A stretch of DNA of 64,000 nucleotides from an uncultured Candidatus Saccharibacteria bacterium (GTDB lineage: Bacteria > Patescibacteriota > Saccharimonadia > Saccharimonadales > SZUA-47): positions 100,480 through 164,479 of the forward strand of contig CAYQPN010000001.1 in assembly GCA_964419675.1 (NCBI GenBank), given 5' to 3'. This document shows positions 7,101-16,022 of this stretch, piece by piece. A program made the translations under genes and the position numbers. Below the pieces are notes generated by a model. The model saw only the letters and a list, made by a program, of their open reading frames with translations. It searched no databases and was not told the DNA's origin. Positions within the stretch are counted from its first letter, which is position 1; the number at the start of each line of letters is the position of its first letter.

Positions 7101-9940
7101 ACACATTTAGCCATAATGAAACCCCTAACGGCGGATCGGTTAACTATAGGCTATCGTCCGACGAAGGCACCACATGGCTATTCTGGGACGGCTTAGCATG
7201 GTCGCAATCAAATAGCCTTACCGAGGCAAATACAGTCGCTGTTATAACTGCTAACTTTGACGAGTTCCCTGTGACATTTGACGGAATGCTCTGGCAGGCA
7301 GTTCTTAGTGGCAATGGGTCACAGCAAGTTATTCTTGACGGTGTAAACGCTGATGCAACTTCTGACACCATCGACCCAACTTCCAACCCGTCGAACATAG
7401 TCGCCTACAAGGCAAACGGGGGTACTGTACTTGCTCAAGACGATTGGACAAATGGCGGGTCACCCTACTTTACCTGGGATGTCGGTGATGACGCCGAATC
7501 AGAAGTGAAGGGTTATTGTGCGTATCTAGGAACTGATGAGCTAGCGGATCCAGTGACAACCAAAGGGCTACTGGGTAATAGCCCAGCTCCAACAGGTGAT
7601 AACTGTCAGTTTATGGTGACTGGAACTTCACTTGACCTAGCAACTCCAGGACTCTTATCAACACCACTCTCAACAACAAACGACACCTACTATCTAAACT
7701 TGCGGACAATTGATAATGCCGGCAATGTCACCAACACCTCTTCTCAATTTTCATTTAGGTTTGATAATACGATGCCAACGAATCCCGGCTACATTACCGC
7801 ACCTTCGGGCTTTATAAACACAAAAGACGTCTCAATGTCATGGCCAACTATAGGCGGTAGTGCACCAAGTGACAGCAATTCAGGATTAGTCGGGCTTCAG
7901 TATCGAATCGGCGCGGGCGGTACATGGTACGGGGATGGTCATACGGGGCTTGGCGACATGGCTGATTTGCTGAACAATGACGGAGAATACAATACTCTAG
8001 AAACTCCCGACTATGCCTCACTCATTGAAGGAATTAACACAGTCTACTTTAGAACGTGGGATTTGGCTGGTAACGTATCTACAACATATGTAACAGCAAC
8101 TCTCAAAATTAACACCAGTGGTGCACCGAGTGTACCGAACAACCTAGTTGCAACACCGACGACAAACACTGCTAACTCCTTTGGATTTAATTGGGATGCT
8201 CCGACGACGTTTATTGGTGACGAGAATAACATTACTTACTGCTACACAATCAATACACTTCCTTCACCGTCATCTTGTGCGTATACAGGCCCCGGCTCAA
8301 CAGAGCTAACCGTAGGCGCATATGCAACACAACCCGGATTAAACACCATGTACATAGCTGCTCGAGATGAGTCTAGCAACATCAACTACGATAATTATGC
8401 TTCCACAGGATTTACAGCTGACACCCCGTCTCCGGGAGTGCCATTAAATACTGACCTTGTAGACGTATCAATAAAAAATACCAGCAACTGGAGGCTAGCG
8501 CTCACATGGGATGTGCCTACATACACCGGTGGTGGTATCAATAATTACCGAATCTTTAGGTCTACAGACAACATTACATTTAATCAAGTCGGAACGAGTT
8601 CAAGCACTACATACATTGACGCCGGTCTAAGCCAGCAAACCTATTACTACAATATTTCAGCTTGTGACAATACAAATAACTGTGGCGCATCTGGTACAAC
8701 GGTGAGTGGCTTTCCTACCGGTAAATTCACAAGCCCTGCCACGCTTATCGACGGACCAGCTACTAGCGACATTACAACTAAACGAGCAAAAGTCAGCTGG
8801 ACAACTGACCGAGCAAGCGATTCGAAAGTACAAATTGGTACACAAAGTGGCGAATATAGCCCATCCGAGGTTGGTAATTCAGATCAAACATCGGTTCATG
8901 AAATTTCTCTGGACAATTTGTCGCCAGGAACAACCTACTACTTAAAAGTAAAATGGACAGACGAGGACGGAAACACAGGCACTAGCTCAGAGCAGACATT
9001 CACGACCGCCCCAGCACCTTCAATTATAGAGCTAGAAGTAACCGGAGTCGGTCTTGGCAGTGCGGGACTTGCCTTTACAACTCGGGGTGCCACAAAGGCT
9101 ACTGTCTACTACGGTACTAGCGAATCGTTTGGCGGGCTAAAAACGGTGAATACTGCAACTGTAGAGTCGCGCTATCAGGTAGAATTAGACGATTTGACCG
9201 ACGGCACAAAATACTACTACATGGTAAGTACCTACGACCAAGAAGGCGCAGAATACAGAGGCAATGTCGGCTCGTTCTCCACGCCACCTCGACCAAGAAT
9301 AACTAATCTTAGGTTCCAACCTGTTGCAGGAGAGCCAACAAGTACCCAGCAGGTAACATGGGACACAAACGTTCCAAGTAGTAGTCAGGTTACCTACAAT
9401 ATTGTTAACGGAACCCCAATTGAAGTACAGGACTCTAGCCTAGTAACTTCTCATGAAATTGTCATACGTAATCTAAGTGATGACAGTGAATATGTTCTTA
9501 CGGCCCTAAGCCGTGATGCGTCAGGAAATTCTACAACTTCAGATAGGCAAGTTTTCCGAACAGCACTTGATACCAGACCTCCAAAAGCCACAGATGTTGT
9601 CGTTGAATCTTCTATTAGGGGTTCCGGTTCAGAGGCTCGTGGCCAAATAGTAGTCTCGTGGCGCACGGACGAACCATCGACAAGCCAAGTTGCGTATGCT
9701 GAAGGTTCAGACGCTGTAACCTTTAACAGCAAGACGGTTGAGGACACGATACTTACGACCGAGCACCTAGTCATTATTTCTGATTTGCCAACTTCTCGAG
9801 TCTTTAGTGTCCAGCCCCTTTCAAAAGACTCTGCAGGCAATGAAGGTCAAGGAGAAACTCAGACCGCCATTATTGGACGGGCATCAGACAGTGCTATTAC
9901 CGTCGTATTCAATACACTTAAAGCGATATTTGGATTATAA
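4115..9940 (+). CDS. Giant secreted repeat protein: about 20 tandem ~45-50-aa beta-propeller-like repeats, a LamG/concanavalin-like domain and multiple Fn3-like domains
   Basis: The ORF is open from 3776 (2054 aa). The likely start is the ATG at 4115 (MELMLAVLFISSIFQAALQAAP, signal-peptide-like). The upstream 113 codons are AT-rich and non-protein-like. The repeat consensus is …NLYAGLGTTANDAEVWRWNGTTWTKIGGDSLNSGW…. The LamG motif is DWRHVAASYNGSTMRIYINGTLENS. Fn3-like signatures include TTYYLKVKWTDEDGNTG and TKYYYMVSTYDQEG. Confidence 0.8.
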   Translation: MELMLAVLFISSIFQAALQAAPDLNDDWDLANAVDYTYDSGIEMVSGVARLKTQNYENDADTRALYHFDESGGINASDSSSNSNNATISGGSFVAGSLNNAVSLDGIDDTVTAPNSASLQLGQQHTIEAWTKFNNNFDSTSHDRRNAVVDKGDYQLYYDNETGKLTYEIANSTSSNWTQTAGSNIGGSWGTNGKRSVTSSIVMGSDVYAGLGNQLADAEVWMWNGSDWELVGGDGVNGSWDDQTFEDVYSMTTDGTNLYAGLGTTAGDAEVWRWDGATWTKIGGDAVSSSWQVSTFETVGSLNYFGSNLYAGLGSSASDAEVWRWNGTTWTKIGGDSLNSGWVAGYEIVSALADDGTNLYAGLGTTANDAEVWMWNGTAWSQIGGDSLNSGWAAGFEAVRAMRYIAGILYAGLGDTAGDADLWSWNGATWSQIGGDGLNGSWNTNYEGIYAIGTDGTDIYAGLGTGNGDGEVWRRSGGSWSQIGGDGLNGSWTTNFGDTVYTLPNNGTTVYAGIYDTAGGGYLYSWNGTTWTTLGGQYINNSWGYYGQGSVEVLQVSGEYLYAGLGSASGSAQIWRLSGSTWSLVGGQGINNSWPANTYEQVSSMSSHEGNLYVGLGTTANDSEVWMWNGTTWSQIGGDSLNSGWTTNFEEVNSLASFNGDLYAGLGNSNNDAEVWRWNGATWTKIGGDSLNSGWTTNYDRVSSLAVYKGNLIAGLGAGAGEAELWQWNGAAWSKIGGDSLNSSWDSTFEQIEALIQFNNKLYIGLGNTAGDGEVWELDDTTWTKIGGDDLNNSWADGTYERVRTLATYNGDLFAGLGSGTGEGEVWRYSAGSWTKVGGNSVNTSWGNTMEEVESFSTYQGKLYAGTGNTANADATVWSLGDNGYLQSTTSSFNTDWRHVAASYNGSTMRIYINGTLENSLSKTFSVATSNRDLLISTGYGGREYGKPQARFQGLIDEVRLSSVSRSSFTTSPYASSPQSLRPQDSVRKNGVWHWDTFSHNETPNGGSVNYRLSSDEGTTWLFWDGLAWSQSNSLTEANTVAVITANFDEFPVTFDGMLWQAVLSGNGSQQVILDGVNADATSDTIDPTSNPSNIVAYKANGGTVLAQDDWTNGGSPYFTWDVGDDAESEVKGYCAYLGTDELADPVTTKGLLGNSPAPTGDNCQFMVTGTSLDLATPGLLSTPLSTTNDTYYLNLRTIDNAGNVTNTSSQFSFRFDNTMPTNPGYITAPSGFINTKDVSMSWPTIGGSAPSDSNSGLVGLQYRIGAGGTWYGDGHTGLGDMADLLNNDGEYNTLETPDYASLIEGINTVYFRTWDLAGNVSTTYVTATLKINTSGAPSVPNNLVATPTTNTANSFGFNWDAPTTFIGDENNITYCYTINTLPSPSSCAYTGPGSTELTVGAYATQPGLNTMYIAARDESSNINYDNYASTGFTADTPSPGVPLNTDLVDVSIKNTSNWRLALTWDVPTYTGGGINNYRIFRSTDNITFNQVGTSSSTTYIDAGLSQQTYYYNISACDNTNNCGASGTTVSGFPTGKFTSPATLIDGPATSDITTKRAKVSWTTDRASDSKVQIGTQSGEYSPSEVGNSDQTSVHEISLDNLSPGTTYYLKVKWTDEDGNTGTSSEQTFTTAPAPSIIELEVTGVGLGSAGLAFTTRGATKATVYYGTSESFGGLKTVNTATVESRYQVELDDLTDGTKYYYMVSTYDQEGAEYRGNVGSFSTPPRPRITNLRFQPVAGEPTSTQQVTWDTNVPSSSQVTYNIVNGTPIEVQDSSLVTSHEIVIRNLSDDSEYVLTALSRDASGNSTTSDRQVFRTALDTRPPKATDVVVESSIRGSGSEARGQIVVSWRTDEPSTSQVAYAEGSDAVTFNSKTVEDTILTTEHLVIISDLPTSRVFSVQPLSKDSAGNEGQGETQTAIIGRASDSAITVVFNTLKAIFGL

Positions 9941-10708
9941 ATGAAAGTTGAAAACCTTTTTTCTGTCAATAATTTAACACTCGAATTCGAGGTTGGAGAA
10001 CAGCACGTTATAGCGGTTAACAACGCCACTGTAAGCATCCCGGATAAAAAAATAACTATCATCTACGGTGCGTCAGGAAGTGGAAAATCCAGTTTGTTAA
10101 ACGTTATCTCGGGCCTGCAACCACCATCTAGGGGGAAGCTACTTTACCGTGGTAACAATATCTATAATCAGTCCGCAAACGAACTAGCATTCTTTCGTGC
10201 ACACGAACTGGGCATTGTTTATCAGACAAACTACTGGGTGAAAAGCCTAACTGTGCTCGAAAATGTGGCACTGCCACTATACTTTCTTGGATACACAAAG
10301 GCAGACGCGCATAAACACGCCAAAGATGCTTTAAGCAGAGTAGGAATGTCAAAATATATTAGTAAACTGCCAGTATTGTTATCGGGTGGTGAACAGCAAC
10401 GTATTGCAATGGCCCGCGCCATAGCCAGTAATCCACCGGTTATCATTGCTGATGAGCCGACCGGAAACCTAGACAGCATAAACGGTGACAAGATTATTGA
10501 TTTATTACGTCAGCTTAACAGGGATGAGGGCAAGACAGTTATTTTGGTCACACATAATATGGAATATATTTCCATGGCTCACCATTTGCTGGAAATAGAG
10601 GACGGGCAAGTAACCGAAATTGATAAAGAAAATATTGCAAAGACGGTCAAGGTGATGCTCGGTGATGCGCAAAAACGAATCACGAAACATATGGAGGCCT
10701 CACGATGA
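9941..10708 (+). CDS. ABC transporter ATP-binding protein, MacB/LolD-like
   Basis: It has Walker A GASGSGKSS, the signature LSGGEQQRIAMARA and Walker B IIADEPTGNLD. Its ATG directly abuts the TAA of the giant gene. Confidence 0.9.
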   Translation: MKVENLFSVNNLTLEFEVGEQHVIAVNNATVSIPDKKITIIYGASGSGKSSLLNVISGLQPPSRGKLLYRGNNIYNQSANELAFFRAHELGIVYQTNYWVKSLTVLENVALPLYFLGYTKADAHKHAKDALSRVGMSKYISKLPVLLSGGEQQRIAMARAIASNPPVIIADEPTGNLDSINGDKIIDLLRQLNRDEGKTVILVTHNMEYISMAHHLLEIEDGQVTEIDKENIAKTVKVMLGDAQKRITKHMEASR

Positions 10709-11931
10709 AAAGGCGCAAGGTCACGGATAAAGCCACAGTTCAGACGGGTATTCTTGCATCAATTGCTCTTAGTAACCTTACTCATAAAAAGCTACGAACA
10801 GGCTTAACTGTTTTTGGTATAGCCATAGGTATTGGTGCAATTTACTTTCTACTTTCTTTCGGCATTGGCCTGCAAAGACTTGTAACAAACGAAGTTATTG
10901 GCAACCAATCTATAAAGACTATAGACGTTGTAAGTTCAAACTCAAATATCGTCAAACTTGACGACACCGCAACCCAACGCGTTACACAAATACCTAACGT
11001 AATTGAGACGGGCAAGGCATACTATTTCCCTGGTAGCTTCAAAATTAGTGGTAGCGAGTCTGACAGCATTGTCTATGGGGTTGATACTGGCTATCAAAAT
11101 TTAACACACCTGAATTTAATTGAAGGCAAACTGCTTAAAGACACAGAAGAACAAAGCGGGGTAGTAATCAACAAAGCAGCGCTAGAAGCTATAGGCTTAG
11201 CGGGCAATCCAAGCGAAGTCATAAACAAGACGGTCAGTGTAATCGTGCCTCTTTCAAAAATTGATTCAGCTCTAGGTACATTTACTGAAGAATTTGTAAT
11301 TGTCGGAATCATAGATTCTGGAAGCGGTTCAGAAATTTTCATATCAAGTGCCATGTTTAAGGACAAAGGCGTGCCCTACCTTACTCAACTTAAGGTTGGC
11401 ACAAGGGAAGTTACAGACATACAAGTTATCCGTTCGCAAATTGAAAGCTTTGGATTTGAAACATCCTCGCCGGTAGATACCTTGGAGGAAATTAATAACG
11501 TATTCCGCTTTCTCAACTACATTTTGGTTGGGTTTGGAGGAATCGGAATGATTGTTGCTGTGCTTGGTATGTTTAACACGCTTACCATTTCACTTCTAGA
11601 GCGAACCAAAGAGATAGGACTTATGGTGGCGCTTGGTGCGCGGTCAATCGACATGAAGCGTCTCTTTATTTTTGAAGCCCTATTCTTGTCACTATTTGGT
11701 TCGGTGCTGGGAATCACTGGCGCTTTCATAATCGGCAGAGTCGTAAATACTGTTATGAACATTCTGGCATCCGGTAGGGGTGTGCAAGACAGTTTTGAAC
11801 TGTTTGCTAATCCGCCACTTCTTATCATAGGAATGCTAGCTTTTATGGTTGCTGTCGGGTTAGCGGTTGTATATTTGCCCGCAAGGCGCGCGCAAAGAAT
11901 TAACCCAATTGATGCACTTAGACGAGAGTAG
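10705..11931 (+). CDS. ABC transporter permease, FtsX/MacB-type (N-terminal TM, large extracytoplasmic domain, C-terminal 3-TM FtsX domain)
   Basis: 408 aa with an ATGA start/stop overlap with the ATPase gene. The C-terminal FtsX-like segment ends …YLPARRAQRINPIDALRRE. Confidence 0.85.
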   Translation: MKRRKVTDKATVQTGILASIALSNLTHKKLRTGLTVFGIAIGIGAIYFLLSFGIGLQRLVTNEVIGNQSIKTIDVVSSNSNIVKLDDTATQRVTQIPNVIETGKAYYFPGSFKISGSESDSIVYGVDTGYQNLTHLNLIEGKLLKDTEEQSGVVINKAALEAIGLAGNPSEVINKTVSVIVPLSKIDSALGTFTEEFVIVGIIDSGSGSEIFISSAMFKDKGVPYLTQLKVGTREVTDIQVIRSQIESFGFETSSPVDTLEEINNVFRFLNYILVGFGGIGMIVAVLGMFNTLTISLLERTKEIGLMVALGARSIDMKRLFIFEALFLSLFGSVLGITGAFIIGRVVNTVMNILASGRGVQDSFELFANPPLLIIGMLAFMVAVGLAVVYLPARRAQRINPIDALRRE

Positions 11932-12052
11932 TCGGTTCACAGTACAGTTTAGTGTTAGGTTAGAACCAGCGTTTTGTTATAAAATAGGCTCGTCTATCAG
12001 TCACAGTCCCTGCAAAGCGGGCGACTGGATTGAGATGGTAATTCATCCCACA

Positions 12053-12070
12053 ATCCCAGCCAATTAAAAC
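12053..12070 (+). repeat. Third partial copy of the tRNA-Gln 3' end plus downstream flank (atcccagccaaTtaaaac vs atcccagccaaCtaaaac at 3498..3515)
   Basis: 17 of 18 nt are identical and the match extends past the tRNA CCA end. The upstream ~100 nt (11950..12052) are homologous to the arm element 3548..3654. Confidence 0.55.
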
Positions 12071-12157
12071 AATCTTTACGAGTTACCCCATCTATGATAA
12101 TTTAGGTTTTTTATAGTATATCCATTCATACAATCAAGTCCTATAATTATAAATAAC

Positions 12158-12367
12158 ATGTATGTATTAGTTGATGAAACTGGTGAACTAGAGTCTACTA
12201 CTAAAGATGGGTTAGGAATTTGTACCCTAGTAATGATCAATGATAAAAGCTGGAATAAATTTAACAAATTTTTATTAAAAAACGAAATAGACCCTAAATT
12301 TCAAAAATCCAGTAACCTAAAGTTTGATAAAAGAAAAATAATTACAAATTATATCTCTAGTAATTGA
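12158..12367 (+). CDS. Hypothetical protein (69 aa) in a very AT-rich block; N-terminal VLVDETGE resembles the DUF3800-type N-terminal motif
   Basis: ORF only. It is in the same frame as 12512..13108 and separated from it by stops, so it may be a decayed single gene. Confidence 0.3.
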   Translation: MYVLVDETGELESTTKDGLGICTLVMINDKSWNKFNKFLLKNEIDPKFQKSSNLKFDKRKIITNYISSN

Positions 12368-12511
12368 GGTATATACTATTATGCTATTTGCCACGACCCT
12401 GTTTACTATGATTTAGAATCTATAAAGAATCACAAAATAGAACAAGCTAGCAGAGTTGATAAGTTTATAAAATCAGACACAGACACTAAAAAAGAAATTA
12501 GAGCGAAAAAC

Positions 12512-13108
12512 TTGCTAATATTTCGAAACCAATATCGCAACTTAACGAATCCAGACTTTATAAAACTCACAATGATTACTGAAGCTTTTATGAAATGGTT
12601 TGAATATTTTCAGTTTGACATAGACAATTTTCCAAACAATGATGATAACTGGCATTTTTTTCATAGAATTGATACGCAAAACAAGCCTGAGAAATTCAAG
12701 CGATTATTGACTGGTTACATTAAAATGACCATTCATCCAGCTGCAAATAATGGGATATCAATAAAGTATAACAGCGACATTTCTTTGAGACACCCGTTTC
12801 ACAAAAATAATGCAGGAAAAGATGGTTATGCTGACCCAAATATATTTCTTGAAGATATAAAAATTACTACTGAAACAGTAACTCCCCAGTTATTTTTACC
12901 AGATTTCTTTGGCAACACTTTTTTTCGAGCTTTCAAAACAAATGAAGAAAAATATTTAAGTTTAGCAAAAAACTTAGGTCAAAGAAGAATGAAAGCAATG
13001 AAGTTTAGGCCAAATAATAAGTATATTCTAAAAGTAATTAGTTTTGATGATAAAAAAGTGCGTGTAAATAAAAAACTTGAAGATTTTTTAATATCTACGA
13101 AGCAATGA
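12512..13108 (+). CDS. Hypothetical protein (198 aa), AT-rich accessory block
   Basis: Long ORF in an AT-rich region (~25-30% GC by eye). No recognisable motifs. Confidence 0.4.
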   Translation: MLIFRNQYRNLTNPDFIKLTMITEAFMKWFEYFQFDIDNFPNNDDNWHFFHRIDTQNKPEKFKRLLTGYIKMTIHPAANNGISIKYNSDISLRHPFHKNNAGKDGYADPNIFLEDIKITTETVTPQLFLPDFFGNTFFRAFKTNEEKYLSLAKNLGQRRMKAMKFRPNNKYILKVISFDDKKVRVNKKLEDFLISTKQ

Positions 13109-13249
13109 TCGACCGGCGCAATATAGCACGCGTCTAAGGCCGCGTGTGATCACGCTGTTTAATCAGTTGTTGCCGAAAATGTGTTAGTGCTAAATTATAT
13201 ATCATAAGTTACGGTATATAATGTAACCTATAAATAGGAGTAAACCGTT

Positions 13250-14125
13250 TTGCAGTCAAATCAATGTGTATCTTGTATTGCAAACTCAATTACTGATTCT
13301 TGGTACATTCTGCTCAATAACTTATATGAAATTGCTCAAAACTATGATAATGCCAATCAAGAAAATACTTCGACTGTAGATAATTACGCGACCAGGATTA
13401 CTATAGGAATTATAAATTCATCTTTCATGAACCTTTGTACAGGTGTTCACGAAAACGGAAAAAATAATTTTGAGTCGTTTATGTGCATTTCACGAAATGT
13501 TCTTGAAAGGCTTTCGAATATAAACTATCTCAACTCTAAACCGGAAAATAGAATTAAATACTCAAAAATATTAAAAAATAATGAACGTGATATTTGTGAA
13601 CTTTACTTGCCTGCGGACCCGATTAAAAAATCAACAGAATGGAAATCTCAAAAGTGGACTAATATAAGCCAGGAAAAACGTATAAATGCTTTATCTAGTA
13701 AACAACATATTCTTCTATATGGATATTATTCGAGGGTACTACACACATTAAATATTGATATTTTACTTAAAGATGAAATGAATATGACTTTTATAAAGAT
13801 CTACACACTTCTAGAATTAGTTATATCATATAACACTGTACTTTCTGTTTATCACGAAAATTCCGATGAGTATAATGCCATAAAAACTAAACACAAAGAA
13901 TTTAACAATTTACTAAATTTTACATGGATGAACAAGAATTTATCTCTCAACTCAATTATTTTGTTGACAACTTTTTACGATGATAAAAGAGACAAAAGAA
14001 ACTCTAAAGTTCTCAAATTATACTTAAAAGCTTTAAAAGGGTCTCAAAAAAGTATGACATTTCCAGAATTTGTATATGTTAAACATGATTTATCTTTTAA
14101 ACATAATAATGAGACAATACACTAA
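13250..14125 (+). CDS. Hypothetical protein (291 aa), AT-rich accessory block
   Basis: Long ORF with a TTG start, preceded by AGGAG 11 nt upstream. No recognisable family. Confidence 0.45.
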   Translation: MQSNQCVSCIANSITDSWYILLNNLYEIAQNYDNANQENTSTVDNYATRITIGIINSSFMNLCTGVHENGKNNFESFMCISRNVLERLSNINYLNSKPENRIKYSKILKNNERDICELYLPADPIKKSTEWKSQKWTNISQEKRINALSSKQHILLYGYYSRVLHTLNIDILLKDEMNMTFIKIYTLLELVISYNTVLSVYHENSDEYNAIKTKHKEFNNLLNFTWMNKNLSLNSIILLTTFYDDKRDKRNSKVLKLYLKALKGSQKSMTFPEFVYVKHDLSFKHNNETIH

Positions 14126-14196
14126 TATTATAATGTTAGAAAATATATTACCAAAGAAATGCCTTCAAAAACAGATAAAGTGTAGTAGATTTTATA

Positions 14197-14424
14197 TTAG
14201 TAGTATTCTTGTATAACAGCAATAAAAGCTAATATTAGCAACAGAAATAAAACCAGGTACATAAAGTACGCTTGCCCTTTTTCTCCCTTTTCATAATATT
14301 CATTCGCTTGTATTATTGCGCCAAAATACACGATGAGTAGCACTACTGCTACAAACCAACCTTTGAAATCTATCCCTGCCGGGCCAAAACAGTTTCCATA
14401 ACAAGAAGCAAATATTGCTAACAT
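14197..14424 (-). CDS. Small membrane protein (2 predicted TM helices)
   Basis: 75 aa, strongly hydrophobic. Confidence 0.3.
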   Translation of the reverse strand: MLAIFASCYGNCFGPAGIDFKGWFVAVVLLIVYFGAIIQANEYYEKGEKGQAYFMYLVLFLLLILAFIAVIQEYY

Positions 14425-14558
14425 ACTTATATCGTATCATTCAATTGACCCAATCAAGCTCAATTCTCTACATAAATTATAGGTTCGAAGCTCATCCATT
14501 AGAGGTAGTCAATACAATATGAAAACCCCTTTGGAAGAATTTTTGCTAAACTTAAACT

Positions 14559-15089
14559 ATGAAAGAACAGTTTGAGGAAATATTTTTGGTTGGGGGTAAG
14601 GCTAATTCTTTGGGGAGGTCTGCGGAAGTTCTTGAATTGGTTGTATCAAACAAGCGCTACCTTCCAGAACTATACGAATGCATATCGCATGAAGATGCGT
14701 GGGTACGGATGCGCGCAATCGATACACTGGAAAAAGTCTGCCGAGTCCACCCAGACTGGCTAGAGCCGTACACCGACCACATGCTAAAAGTGCTATCCAA
14801 AAGCAACCAACCATCAATTCAATGGCACCTAGCACAAATTTTTAAACAAATTAAACTCACAGATGCGCAAAGGGAATCAGCGCTACGATGGCTTTCTAAA
14901 CTACTTAAAGACAAAAATGTTGACTGGATTGTATCCGCAAATGCGATGGACACCCTAGCTCAATTTACAAATGAAGGCCTGTTCCCAAAAGACCAACTGG
15001 TTAAATTATTGAAAATTCAACTTAACCACAAATCAAAAGCCGTAGCTAAGCGCGCCACCAAAATCTTAAGCCAAATCGAACCCAACTAA
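14559..15089 (+). CDS. HEAT-repeat protein, DNA alkylation repair (AlkC/AlkD)-like
   Basis: 176 aa, all-helical repeat pattern (…EDAWVRMRAIDTLEKV…VDWIVSANAMDTLAQF…). Confidence 0.45.
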   Translation: MKEQFEEIFLVGGKANSLGRSAEVLELVVSNKRYLPELYECISHEDAWVRMRAIDTLEKVCRVHPDWLEPYTDHMLKVLSKSNQPSIQWHLAQIFKQIKLTDAQRESALRWLSKLLKDKNVDWIVSANAMDTLAQFTNEGLFPKDQLVKLLKIQLNHKSKAVAKRATKILSQIEPN

Positions 15090-15106
15090 ACCCCCAAACT
15101 TGAAAG

Positions 15107-15685
15107 ATGGAGCATGAGCATAGTAAGGACTTATCCTACAGCGACTATTTCTTTGCTATAATTCAAAACATGAAGGTCACAATGCTACCCGGAATTAGTC
15201 TAGATGGTTTTATTGCTCTACCTAACGGCGACAGTTATAGTTGGGTTAATCAAGCTGATGAAGCACGCTACAGCGCGTCAGTTGAACGAGCCGGGTGTAT
15301 TCTGGTTGGGAATACAACTTTCCAACAATACCGAGAAGATTTTAATAGTCGTAAGAACGTTATCAACTTTGTTTGCACAAATGGCGATAAGCCTGAAGAT
15401 ACAGATACAGTTAAATATATGAGCGGAACGCCCAAAGAAATATTGGACAAAATAAAAGCCTATAACTTCGATGAACTTATTGTGTGCGGTGGTGGCGAAA
15501 TAAATGGTATGTTTGCGAGTGCTGGTTTAGTAGATGAAATTGTTGTTGGTATTCAGCCTGTAGTTCTCGGCGAGGGGATACCACTATTTGGATCATACAA
15601 GCCACGTCTAAATTTAGAGCTAGTTTCAGTAAACCAAGATGTTGAAGGTGTAGTTCAGAATCACTATAGAGTCATACATAGCTAA
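15107..15685 (+). CDS. Dihydrofolate reductase-like / RibD C-terminal domain family reductase
   Basis: 192 aa: ISLDGFIALPNGD…LIVCGGGEINGMFASAGLVDEIVVGIQPVVLGEGIPLFG. Confidence 0.65.
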   Translation: MEHEHSKDLSYSDYFFAIIQNMKVTMLPGISLDGFIALPNGDSYSWVNQADEARYSASVERAGCILVGNTTFQQYREDFNSRKNVINFVCTNGDKPEDTDTVKYMSGTPKEILDKIKAYNFDELIVCGGGEINGMFASAGLVDEIVVGIQPVVLGEGIPLFGSYKPRLNLELVSVNQDVEGVVQNHYRVIHS

Positions 15686-15851
15686 ATTATTCATTAGAAA
15701 TATCTGAAGACCATCCATTAATACAAAAACAAAAAATTATACACAGTGTGCGAAAGAATTGCCGAACATTTTTTAATAGCAAGTCATCTGTTAGTTTAGT
15801 TCGTTCTTGCGCTAGGAGCGTATAATATAGATGTAAGTAGGAGATACCATC

Positions 15852-16022
15852 ATGGCTATAAATGGACCAAAAGGGCACGGGCGCATTGGACGGATTAAAA
15901 ATCGTACCCAGACCTTTAACGATAAAACTAAAAGATACATTGAACGCGACGTAGTGACCGGAAGATTTATTAATGTAAAATCCGACAGAGCACCCTTTAA
16001 AGACGTCATTGTAGAAAAGTAG
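15852..16022 (+). CDS. Small basic hypothetical protein (56 aa), not in the ORF track (<60 aa)
   Basis: AGGAGA lies 9 nt upstream of the ATG. Translation: MAINGPKGHGRIGRIKNRTQTFNDKTKRYIERDVVTGRFINVKSDRAPFKDVIVEK. The two antisense track ORFs here look spurious. Confidence 0.4.
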   Translation: MAINGPKGHGRIGRIKNRTQTFNDKTKRYIERDVVTGRFINVKSDRAPFKDVIVEK

